Of a DNA stretch of 26,871 nucleotides, positions 1 to 8,190 are shown piece after piece (positions within the stretch are counted from its first letter, which is position 1; the number at the start of each line of letters is the position of its first letter). Under the pieces are notes generated by a model. The model did no database searches. It was not told the origin of the DNA and saw only the letters and a list, made by a program, of their open reading frames with translations. A program made the position numbers and the translations under genes. Origin of the DNA: an uncultured virus (IMG/VR IMGVR_UViG_3300042478_001433) (taxonomy: Duplodnaviria; Heunggongvirae; Uroviricota; Caudoviricetes); the IMG/VR virus record IMGVR_UViG_3300042478_001433; one strand, given 5' to 3'.

Positions 1-1
1 T

Positions 2-280
2 GCAGTGCGTGAAGTTCACGCCACTGCCGGCAACGATGCTGGCGCCGTAACTGGCACCGTTCGTCGTTGCCAAGGCACTGAAGCCGCCACCGCTGGTGAC
101 GACCTTCTGAGCGCCACCATCAACTTCAAAGGCACTGCTCTTACTGAGCAAACCCCTGCTCTGACCACCACCAACGGCGATCGCATCCTTGAGGCTGGCA
201 ACCGCCTGGCTCTTGATGTCACCGGCACCACCACCACTCTGGCTGGTGTGATCCTGACCGTGCTGCTGAAGCGCGTCTGA
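2..280 (+). CDS. 5'-truncated virion structural protein (possible head decoration protein)
   Basis: Open frame from the window edge; Thr/Ala/Gly-rich with strong codon bias (acc/gcc/ctg); lies just upstream of the neck genes. Confidence 0.6.
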   Translation, partial: AVREVHATAGNDAGAVTGTVRRCQGTEAATAGDDLLSATINFKGTALTEQTPALTTTNGDRILEAGNRLALDVTGTTTTLAGVILTVLLKRV

Positions 281-477
281 TGGGCATGTTCGCCTTTCGG
301 CGACTGCGTGAACTGGAGGCTGCTTCTAACGAGGCAGCCTCTCTTTCTATTGCAGAGCCCACACTTAAACTTGAGATGACGGAGCCACCCAACGATGGCA
401 ATAGCAATCAACGCAACCGTAGGGTCGGCAAGCGCAAACTCCTACCTGACGCTGGCAGCAGCGCAGGAGATCATTGA
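280..477 (+). CDS. small hypothetical protein (MGMFAFRRLRE...)
   Basis: ATG overlaps the previous stop (TGATG); 3' part overlaps the next gene by 83 nt. Confidence 0.5.
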   Translation: MGMFAFRRLRELEAASNEAASLSIAEPTLKLEMTEPPNDGNSNQRNRRVGKRKLLPDAGSSAGDH

Positions 478-958
478 TGGCTTTGTGCAAGATGCTGATG
501 TGACGGCATGGGCATCAGCTACTACTGACCAAAAGAATCGAGCGCTGTTTACCGCTACCCAACGATTGGACCGTGAGCGGTTCCTAGGCGCCCGCGCTAC
601 TGACACGCAGGCGCTGCAGTGGCCGCGTACTGGCGTGCGCAAGCCTGATACCTACATCAATACGTACGCTGTTGGCTTTCCGTTTCGCATCACGACGGAT
701 TACTACACCGACACTGAGATTCCGCAACAGGTGCAGTATGCACAGGTTGTGCTGGCCACTTATCTCAACAACAACCCTGATGGCATTGGGCTAAGCGGGT
801 TGGAAGACTACAAGAACGTCAAGATTGGCAGCATTGACGTGACTCCTAACCTCGGTTACGGCGCTGTTGGTGTTGACAAGGTGCCGCCGCTGATGGAGCG
901 ATACTTGACCGGGCTTAGAATTAGCGGACCAGGCAACTTTGCAATCAAGCGGTCATGA
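395..958 (+). CDS. head-tail adaptor/connector (DnaT-like phage family)
   Basis: Motifs ANSYLTLAAA, AL..AT..LD, G.RATDTQALQWPR and IPQQV..AQ..LA are typical of this adaptor family; position fits. Confidence 0.75.
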   Translation: MAIAINATVGSASANSYLTLAAAQEIIDGFVQDADVTAWASATTDQKNRALFTATQRLDRERFLGARATDTQALQWPRTGVRKPDTYINTYAVGFPFRITTDYYTDTEIPQQVQYAQVVLATYLNNNPDGIGLSGLEDYKNVKIGSIDVTPNLGYGAVGVDKVPPLMERYLTGLRISGPGNFAIKRS

Positions 959-1182
959 GTTACAAGTATCCCGGCGCCGAATATATCGACGACACTGCAG
1001 CGCATACCGGCCGCTTCGGCAAAATCGTTGCCCTTGAAGACACGGTGATCGCTAGCTTGGCTGCAATGGATTGGACTGGCAACGCACTCAGCGCCATCCC
1101 GTTTAAGGCAAGCACCGAACTTGAAGGCGTGTTTACCAGCATCACATTGACCAGCGGCACTGTTGTTGCTTACAGGCTCTGA
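955..1182 (+). CDS. hypothetical virion protein
   Basis: ATGA-coupled ORF, beta-rich, within the neck cluster. Confidence 0.65.
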   Translation: MSYKYPGAEYIDDTAAHTGRFGKIVALEDTVIASLAAMDWTGNALSAIPFKASTELEGVFTSITLTSGTVVAYRL

Positions 1183-1391
1183 TGGCTTACGTTCTTCCTG
1201 GTGGTGGTGATGCGGTAGCACGCGATGGGCTCGAAATCCCTACGCATGATTGCATTGTCAATACATACGACGGCGCAAATAACTTGCTAACTGCAACGTA
1301 CAAACGTGGCGGTACAAGCGGCAAAACCGTAGCAGTGCTGACAATGACCTATGATGGCAACAATAATCTGCTTACCGTTGTTCGGAGCTGA
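1182..1391 (+). CDS. hypothetical virion protein with duplicated TYDGxNNLLT motif
   Basis: TGATG coupling; internal repeat TYDGANNLLT / TYDGNNNLLT. Confidence 0.65.
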   Translation: MAYVLPGGGDAVARDGLEIPTHDCIVNTYDGANNLLTATYKRGGTSGKTVAVLTMTYDGNNNLLTVVRS

Positions 1392-1394
1392 GCA

Positions 1395-1928
1395 ATGGCC
1401 TTTAAGCTCAATCCGTTCACAAGTGGTCTTGATACAGTCCGCAACCAAATGTTGTGGGGGTCGTTTTATGACACGACTCAGCAGATTGCAGCGGCTGCTA
1501 ACACTGCCTATTCGATTGGCATTAATTCAACGGATGCTGATAGCCGTGGGATAAGCATTGCCTCTGGCTCACGAGTCACCTTTTCTAGGGCAGGCGTTTA
1601 CAGCGTCACTTACTCTGTCCAGTTTGTGAACACAAGCAACTCGATTCACGACATCAATATCTGGCTGCGCAAGAACGACAACGGCGCCAGCGGCGACGTG
1701 CCGGCTAGCGACAGTAAGTTCAGCATCATTTCAAGTCATGGCAGCGTTGATGGCCACGTTATTGGTTGCGTCAATTACGTTTTAAAACTTGCCGCTAACG
1801 ACTATCTAGAGTTAATTTGGTCTACCACAAATGTAGCCGCTAGCATCCAATCATTGCCATCATCGCCATCGGGACCAGCGCATCCCTCCATCCCTGGCAT
1901 TATCCTGACTGCAGTGCAGGTGGCCTAA
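1395..1928 (+). CDS. putative head/neck fibre, C1q/TNF-like beta-sandwich
   Basis: GSFYDTT, VTFSRAGVY.VTYSVQF, IWLRKN and LAANDYLEL.W patterns resemble C1q/BclA-like domains. Confidence 0.55.
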   Translation: MAFKLNPFTSGLDTVRNQMLWGSFYDTTQQIAAAANTAYSIGINSTDADSRGISIASGSRVTFSRAGVYSVTYSVQFVNTSNSIHDINIWLRKNDNGASGDVPASDSKFSIISSHGSVDGHVIGCVNYVLKLAANDYLELIWSTTNVAASIQSLPSSPSGPAHPSIPGIILTAVQVA

Positions 1929-2284
1929 TGGCATTAGCTAGTCCGCTACGCAAGGTTGCCAGCAAGCTGATGGCAAAGTTTGGCGGCGAAGCAACGATCC
2001 GCCGCGTGACAACTGGCGCCTATAACACCAGCACTGGCACCGTTAGCGAAACCACGACCGACACCGTAGTGCGTGGCGTGCTGGAAGATGTCAACCTGCG
2101 TGAGGTCAATGATTTGATTCAAGCTGGCGACAAGCGGCTGTTGATTGCTGCTGCTGATATTGCCAACGCACCTACTACGGCCGATGAAGTGCTGATTAGC
2201 AGCGTGACGCATCAAGTGATCGAGGTTCGTACGATTGAGCAGGACAACACTGCCATCACCTACGAGCTGATCCTGAGGGCATAA
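1928..2284 (+). CDS. head-closure/head-tail joining protein
   Basis: KFGG.ATIRR...YN..TG, LIQAGDKRL and C-terminal YELILR; synteny. Confidence 0.7.
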   Translation: MALASPLRKVASKLMAKFGGEATIRRVTTGAYNTSTGTVSETTTDTVVRGVLEDVNLREVNDLIQAGDKRLLIAAADIANAPTTADEVLISSVTHQVIEVRTIEQDNTAITYELILRA

Positions 2285-2721
2285 TGGCGCGCGCGATCCG
2301 AGTTGGTGATATTGGTGATTACGCCAGCCAGCAGATGGAGAAGCTGCTGCGGGTTGCGGTGCTTGAAACTGACAGCAGGCTTAAACAGGCAAGCCCTGTC
2401 GACACTGGCAGGTTTCGCGTTAGCTGGCAGGTAGGGGAGAATGCAGCAGGCTCTTACGATGGCGGGCCGCAGCAAGAGCCTTCCAATGCGGATCGCTCGA
2501 AAACATCCCCGCCAGGCGGATTAATCGTGCCATTGCGCAAGATGAACTACCAGCAAGAAAAGCTCGGCAACGTGTACAGCGTGCACAACAACCTGCCGTA
2601 TGCAGAACCTCTTGCCAATGGCAGCAGCAAGCAGGCGCCGGCAGGCTGGGTGCAAGGCATCGCTAAAGACATCCAAGGCTTTGTGCGCGTCAAAGCTGAC
2701 CGCATCGGGAGGGAATCATGA
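2284..2721 (+). CDS. HK97 gp10-like tail completion/neck protein
   Basis: SPVDTGRFR.SW, NNLPYAEPL..GSSKQAPAGWV motifs. Confidence 0.8.
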   Translation: MARAIRVGDIGDYASQQMEKLLRVAVLETDSRLKQASPVDTGRFRVSWQVGENAAGSYDGGPQQEPSNADRSKTSPPGGLIVPLRKMNYQQEKLGNVYSVHNNLPYAEPLANGSSKQAPAGWVQGIAKDIQGFVRVKADRIGRES

Positions 2722-3125
2722 GCAGCACCTACAACGACGTTCGCGCCGCCATTGAAGGGCGCATTGCAACGCAGATGGCGCTGTCACCTGCGTATCCGGT
2801 CAGCTATCAGAACGTACCGTTCACGCCGCCAAACAACACGCCATGGGTGCAAGCGTTCATCCGCTTTGGCGATAACAGCTACGCCACGCTGACTAGCTTC
2901 AACCGCCAGACTGGCACGCTGGTGGTTAATGTCTTTACGTCACAGGGCCAAGGCACTGCTGCTAATTTCACGATTGCAGAGCGGCTAAAGGATTTGTTTG
3001 ATCGCGCCAAGTTTTCAAGCATTATCTTTGACGCAGCTTCAGGGCCAGCGCAAGTAACGCCAGCAGCGCCTGAGCCTTACTTTCAAACACAGCTAACTGC
3101 CACGTTTGAAGCGTATCTAGACTAA
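2718..3125 (+). CDS. tail terminator protein
   Basis: YQNVPFTPP...W, G.L.VNVF...GQG, A..L..LF patterns; immediately upstream of the major tail gene. Confidence 0.75.
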   Translation: MSSTYNDVRAAIEGRIATQMALSPAYPVSYQNVPFTPPNNTPWVQAFIRFGDNSYATLTSFNRQTGTLVVNVFTSQGQGTAANFTIAERLKDLFDRAKFSSIIFDAASGPAQVTPAAPEPYFQTQLTATFEAYLD

Positions 3126-3148
3126 CGGTAGCCACTACCGTTCACAAC

Positions 3149-3907
3149 ATGGCTGTCACTGTTTTGTCCGGTACGTCCGGCGCCCTTTACTACAAACCCG
3201 CCGGCACTAACGGCAACTTCCCGGAAACTGGCGTCAACGCCAGCACTGATGTCATTACCGTTCAGCCGTACTTGAACTTCAAAGCTGGCGATCCGGTCAA
3301 GTTCCGCGTCATCAACAGCCAAACTGGCGAAGCCGGTACCGGCACACTGCCTGCCCCCATCTCGGCGGCTACCACCTACTACGTGCTGAGCTACACCGCA
3401 GCCACTGGCGCGCTGACCGTATCCACCGCTGCTGGCGGTACCATCCTTGCCATCACCGACGACGGCACTGCAGCTGCCCCCAACGAGTTCGAGGTGTACT
3501 ACGCCGACTATGCCGCCGTTGGCCAAGTGCAGTCATGGTCGTTTGAGATCAGCCGCGCTGAGATCGACGTGACCACCATCGGCCAAGCTGCTGGGCAGTA
3601 TGCGCCCTTCCGCGCTTACATTCCTGGCTTCGCCGACGGCAACGGCACCGCAACGATCTACGTCACCAACGAGGACGCTGCGCTGTCCAATCGCATGGTG
3701 GAAGACGTGCTGCAACGTCAGCAGGTTGGCTGCGGCTTCAAGCTGTACACCGACAAGCAAGGCACCGAGGCGCTTAGCCGCAGCATTGCCATGGATGCCG
3801 TGCTGCTGACCGCCAGCCTGAACATCAATCCTGATGATGCTCAGCAAGTGGAGATCACTTTCCGCCCGGCCGGTGCACCTACTTTTGACTTCAGCACTTC
3901 TGCTTGA
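3149..3907 (+). CDS. major tail (tube) protein with inserted beta domain
   Basis: SGTSGALYY...VGQVQSWSFEISRAEIDVTTIG...YIPGFADG.GT tube motifs; strong codon bias; upstream of chaperone and tape measure. Confidence 0.85.
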   Translation: MAVTVLSGTSGALYYKPAGTNGNFPETGVNASTDVITVQPYLNFKAGDPVKFRVINSQTGEAGTGTLPAPISAATTYYVLSYTAATGALTVSTAAGGTILAITDDGTAAAPNEFEVYYADYAAVGQVQSWSFEISRAEIDVTTIGQAAGQYAPFRAYIPGFADGNGTATIYVTNEDAALSNRMVEDVLQRQQVGCGFKLYTDKQGTEALSRSIAMDAVLLTASLNINPDDAQQVEITFRPAGAPTFDFSTSA

Positions 3908-3916
3908 TAGTTGAAC

Positions 3917-3938
3917 GGCCCCGGCTTATGCTGGGGCC
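3917..3938 (+). terminator. GC-rich hairpin after the major tail gene (terminator/attenuator or RNA-stabilising stem)
   Basis: GGCCCCGGC-TTAT-GCTGGGGCC, 9 bp with one G-U; no adjacent U-tract. Confidence 0.5.
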
Positions 3939-3953
3939 ACCCACATTTATTGC

Positions 3954-4310
3954 ATGGCATCATCTGCACTGGCGCGGCTGAAAAAAGCAGCCAATCTTCA
4001 GCCAATTAAGCGCGTTGTAACACTCAACGATGGATCTACGTTTGAGTTTTACGCTACGGCGCTGACCATGGCAGAACGCGAGCGTGCACAAAAGATGCCC
4101 GGTGGCGATGATCCCAATGGCTTTGCGTTGAACCTGCTGGTAACCAAAGCGGCCGACGATGCCGGCCAGCGGTTGTTTCAGGCTGGTGAAATTGCTGAGT
4201 TGAAAAACGATGTGCTTGACAGTGACCTGCAAGCCATGATGCTCGCCATCATCACCAACCCAGAGGAAGCTGAAACCGATATGAAAAGCACTGAAAAAGG
4301 AGCTAAGTAA
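3954..4310 (+). CDS. tail assembly chaperone (gpG-like)
   Basis: Between major tail and tape measure; LT.AERERAQ, G.RLF...EIAELK. Confidence 0.8.
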   Translation: MASSALARLKKAANLQPIKRVVTLNDGSTFEFYATALTMAERERAQKMPGGDDPNGFALNLLVTKAADDAGQRLFQAGEIAELKNDVLDSDLQAMMLAIITNPEEAETDMKSTEKGAK

Positions 4311-4473
4311 AGACAACCTGCTGCTGCTGCAACTTGGGGTTGCAAAAGAGCTGGGTTACACGCTAGCCCGGCTCAACCGTGAGGTAACACTTGAAGAGCT
4401 GCTGCTTTGGTCTAGCTATTTTGAGCTTCAAAATGAAGAGCAGGATCGTAGAATGAAGCAACGCCGTAGGTAA
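4285..4473 (+). CDS. frameshift extension of tail assembly chaperone (gpT-like), +1 frame
   Basis: Open frame KALKKELSKDNLLLLQLGVAKELGYTLARLNREVTLEELLLWSSYFELQNEEQDRRMKQRRR* with no ATG/GTG/TTG start before 4453; A.ELG.T..EL..W..YF pattern is typical of gpT tails; ends 3 nt before the tape measure start. Confidence 0.75.
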   Translation, partial: KALKKELSKDNLLLLQLGVAKELGYTLARLNREVTLEELLLWSSYFELQNEEQDRRMKQRRR

Positions 4474-4476
4474 GTC

Positions 4477-7401
4477 GTGTCGGTTGTCGCCAACGTTGCT
4501 ATTAACGTCGACAGCCGCGACGCAGTTAGCAAGCTTCGGCAAGTTGAATCGCAGGCAAAAATTACCGAGCGGGCGTTTGAAGGGTTGTCTTCAGCCCTTG
4601 CTGCGTTTGGGGCTGGGTTTGCTATCAGCAAGGTTATCCAAGACGTAAAAGAACTAGATACAAATATCCGCCGTCTTGCAACGGTTGGCGTAGATGTAGC
4701 CAAAATTAATCCTGCGCTTTCGGCTTTAAGTAAAGAACTCGGAGGCGTTGCTAGTAAAGCTGAATTATCAGCAGCTTCATATCAAGCGGCATCTGCTGGC
4801 TTTAGTGATACTGCTGGCAATGTTGAAATTCTACGTGCTGCAACAAAAGCCGCCGTGGGTGGATTGGCTGATACGCAAGCCGTAACTGAAGTCTTGGTAA
4901 AGACTTTAAACAGCTATGGAATGTCTGGCAGCCAAGCAATACAAGTAACCGACAGCATTTCCAAAGCAGTCGAGCTAGGCAATCAAGAATGGTCTGATTA
5001 CACTAGTCAACTTGGCCGTGTAGCGAGCATGGCGGCATTGGCTGGTGTCAGCCTTGATGAGACCAATGCGTTTATTGCATCCGCTACAAAAAATGGCGCT
5101 ACGGCAGAATTGGCATTTACTGGCCTTAGCGCTGTACTGACACAATTATTGCAGCCAACCAAAGAAAGCCAAGAAGCAGCGGCAAAACTTGGCGTTCAAT
5201 GGAACTTGATGGGCCTTCAGACTAAAGGTCTTGGCGGTTTAATGGAAGAATTGGCAGCTGCAATAGATAAAGATAAAGAAGCAGCAGCGCGGATGGTTGG
5301 GCCTACAGAAGCAATGCGAGGTGCATTTGCAGCAGCATCAAAAGATGGTTCCGACTTTAAGAATATTCTTGAGCAAATAGGCAGCGCAGCAGGCAAAACT
5401 GATGCAGACTTTCAAACAATGAAAGGAAGCCTTGAGAACACGCTCAAGGCATTAGATACATCATTCAAGAACCTAAGCGAAGCGTTAGGCACAGCGTTTG
5501 GACCAACGGTTGTCATTACTGTGCAAGATATAACCAAAGCGGTTAATGGCTTTGCCGATTTTATGGCAACAGTGCCGCAACCCGTGATGAACACGGCGGG
5601 GGAATTGGTCAAGTTAATTGCTCAAATGTTACTGCTGCAAAAAGCAATTCAAGCAATCATTGCATTGCGCGCTGCATTTATTGGCGCAATGGCTAGCATG
5701 ACTGGCGCAACTGTTGCAAGTGGTACTGCCGCAACAGCAAGTGCTAGCGCATTTGCGCTTTATACCAACAACGCAAGAACACTGCAAGCTACATCTGTAG
5801 CCGCAACTGCATCCGTAGGCGGGCTGGCTGGCGCTTTGCTGAACCTTGCCAGCATTGGCATCATTACAGTTGGGATTAACTATGTAATAACTCAAACAGG
5901 CGCAATACTAGGAAGCTCCACATCGGCAGGCAAAAGCGAAGCAGCGGGAACTCCAACATCTTTAGCGCAGCAGCTTAAAGGTAAAACCGCAGCAGAGCGC
6001 AAGCAAATGCTAGCGGCAGCACAAAAGAATCTAGCAAATGATAAAAAACTTGCCAGCGCGTTGGCCTTGCAAATACAAATGCAAGACAATGCAGCATTGT
6101 CATCTAACGAGCGTGCGCTGCCGTCGGACAGGTCAAGGCTTACCGAAATTCAAGCGCGAATTAATACAAACCAAGCAAGAATTAAAGCAATACAAACAGC
6201 GCCAATTCAGCGTGCCGCAGCTACCCCCACAGTCCCTACTATCCCCACTGTCCCCACAACAGGCGGTGGTGGTGGCGGCAAAGGCCGCAAGGGCGAGTCT
6301 GACACAGAAAAAGCGGCCGAAAAAGCAGCGCGTGAAGCGGAAAAATTACGGCAAGAACTTGAACGATCGCTGGAAGTTGGCGATCAACTTGGCACGCAAT
6401 TTAGTCGCCAAGCAGCGTTGCTGTTTGAGGGATCAGAAATTGAACGCAAGCGCCTGCAAATTCAATTTGATTTCCAGGACCGCGCCAAGCAAATTGCAGA
6501 GCTAAAAAACGCCGAACAGCAAACAAACCTTAATCAACTTAATACAGAAATCCAACGGCTTGAGCTAATTGATCTGCAAACCGAAGCGCTGAAGAAACAG
6601 GCAGAGGAAGCCGAAAAACTTTTCAAAGCAGCTTTTGATGCAGCCGAGTTTGGTATTGATGGTGAAGGCACTGTTGCATCTGGTTTGACTGATGCTATTA
6701 GCAAACTAAAAGAAGAGCTTAATCCGATTAAGCTTGCAACCGACACAATCGTCAATGGCGCAACTGCTATCGGAGAGGCATTTAGCACTGCATTTGGCGA
6801 GGTCATTACTGGCGCAAAGTCAACGCAAGAGGCGCTGGCTGATGCTTTTAAGAGTATCGGTCAAGCGTTCATCAGCATGGCACTTGAAATCATTGCCAAA
6901 CAGATGACGCTAATCATTTTGCAGACAATCCTCAATGCTTTGAGCGGCGGTGGTAGCGCAATGGGCACTGCCAACAAAAACCTTTCAGGTACTGGCGCGT
7001 TATCAACCACAAAACTGTTCCCGACAGGTGCATTTGCAGAAGGCGGCTTCGTCACCGGACCAACCAACGCCCTTATCGGCGAAGGCGGCGAGCCCGAGTA
7101 CGTCATCCCCGCCAGCAAGATGCGCACCGCAATGGGTCGCTACACCGCTGGCGCCCGTGGTTCCAGCGTTATTCCCGGCAACGGCGGCGAGCCTACTGCA
7201 GCAGGCGGTGGTGTTGCCACAATGGCGCCGATCGACGTGCGATACAGCATCGAACGCATCAACAACGTGGATTACGTCACCGCCGATCAGTTCCAACGCG
7301 GCATGGCACAGGCTGCTCAGCAAGGCGCTATCCAAGGCGAACGCCGCGCCATGCGTAGCCTTAAAAACAGCGCCGCCACACGTAGAGGAGTCGGCATCTA
7401 A
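4477..7401 (+). CDS. tape measure protein
   Basis: 974 aa, Ala-rich helical; TP901-type core; C-terminal FAEGGFVTGPT.ALIGEGGEPEYVIP motif. Confidence 0.92.
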   Translation: MSVVANVAINVDSRDAVSKLRQVESQAKITERAFEGLSSALAAFGAGFAISKVIQDVKELDTNIRRLATVGVDVAKINPALSALSKELGGVASKAELSAASYQAASAGFSDTAGNVEILRAATKAAVGGLADTQAVTEVLVKTLNSYGMSGSQAIQVTDSISKAVELGNQEWSDYTSQLGRVASMAALAGVSLDETNAFIASATKNGATAELAFTGLSAVLTQLLQPTKESQEAAAKLGVQWNLMGLQTKGLGGLMEELAAAIDKDKEAAARMVGPTEAMRGAFAAASKDGSDFKNILEQIGSAAGKTDADFQTMKGSLENTLKALDTSFKNLSEALGTAFGPTVVITVQDITKAVNGFADFMATVPQPVMNTAGELVKLIAQMLLLQKAIQAIIALRAAFIGAMASMTGATVASGTAATASASAFALYTNNARTLQATSVAATASVGGLAGALLNLASIGIITVGINYVITQTGAILGSSTSAGKSEAAGTPTSLAQQLKGKTAAERKQMLAAAQKNLANDKKLASALALQIQMQDNAALSSNERALPSDRSRLTEIQARINTNQARIKAIQTAPIQRAAATPTVPTIPTVPTTGGGGGGKGRKGESDTEKAAEKAAREAEKLRQELERSLEVGDQLGTQFSRQAALLFEGSEIERKRLQIQFDFQDRAKQIAELKNAEQQTNLNQLNTEIQRLELIDLQTEALKKQAEEAEKLFKAAFDAAEFGIDGEGTVASGLTDAISKLKEELNPIKLATDTIVNGATAIGEAFSTAFGEVITGAKSTQEALADAFKSIGQAFISMALEIIAKQMTLIILQTILNALSGGGSAMGTANKNLSGTGALSTTKLFPTGAFAEGGFVTGPTNALIGEGGEPEYVIPASKMRTAMGRYTAGARGSSVIPGNGGEPTAAGGGVATMAPIDVRYSIERINNVDYVTADQFQRGMAQAAQQGAIQGERRAMRSLKNSAATRRGVGI

Positions 7402-7853
7402 TGGAATACGCCTACGGCCACCTGCTCGATATTGGCCCCAGCGGCCAAGCAGCCCAATACCGCTTCCAGAACTACGCGATCAACCAGAACGTAAACGGGT
7501 ACTTGTTTCTGCCGTTCAGCTTTGGTGGAGCGGTAGCCACACTCCAAGGCGACAACCTTGATGCGGCACTCCAGTTTGCAAACACAAAAATGGCTAGCGC
7601 GTGGATTGTTGACGCCCTCGATAACCTGTGGGTTGCCAAGGTCACCACGGTGCTCTGGGAACCCTCCACTGGAGCAGTCCAGCGCACCCTTTACACCTAT
7701 TGGGGCACCTGTTCCAGTGGCGGCTGGGATGAGGTCAACATCCAAGTCAGTCTGAATTCCGTGCTTGACGCTGTGCAAGCCAACATCCCTGGCCGCAGGC
7801 TGCACCGCTGGCAAGTGGGTAGTATCCCGTTCACCGCTCAGATCAGTGTGTGA
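7401..7853 (+). CDS. minor tail/tail tip protein
   Basis: TAATG coupling; Y.FLPF.F and L.S.LDAV..NIPGR patterns; synteny after tape measure. Confidence 0.65.
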   Translation: MEYAYGHLLDIGPSGQAAQYRFQNYAINQNVNGYLFLPFSFGGAVATLQGDNLDAALQFANTKMASAWIVDALDNLWVAKVTTVLWEPSTGAVQRTLYTYWGTCSSGGWDEVNIQVSLNSVLDAVQANIPGRRLHRWQVGSIPFTAQISV

Positions 7854-8190
7854 GCACCTGATTGGCCGACGCTACGAGTACGGCGGCGACGACTGCATCC
7901 ACCTCGTCATCGACGCCCTCAAAGCACTAGGCAAAAACCCGCCAGACGTTGCCGACGACTGGTACAAACTCAGCCCACGCGGCATCCTGCGTGAACTGGC
8001 GTTGTACTGCGACACCATAGACGTGCCCGCCTACGATGGTGACATCATTCTGTTCGGCGCCAAGCCACCTGAATTCGGAGTCCAATGGCAGAGTGGCATC
8101 CTATTCATAAACCCCTTAATTTCCGCAGTGGACTGGAAACCGGTGGGCAGTCTTATGATCCGCCGCTCCTACCGTATGAAATTGCGCTAA
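7846..8190 (+). CDS. NlpC/P60-like tail assembly protein (probably catalytically degenerate)
   Basis: GTG start at 7846; LIGRRYEYGGDDCIHLV and GDIILF motifs as in lambda gpK-type NlpC domains. Confidence 0.7.
   Translation: MCEHLIGRRYEYGGDDCIHLVIDALKALGKNPPDVADDWYKLSPRGILRELALYCDTIDVPAYDGDIILFGAKPPEFGVQWQSGILFINPLISAVDWKPVGSLMIRRSYRMKLR

Noticed and set aside
177..184. HIP1 octamer GCGATCGC
   Set aside because: Only one copy was noticed, so there is no enrichment and it gives no host evidence.
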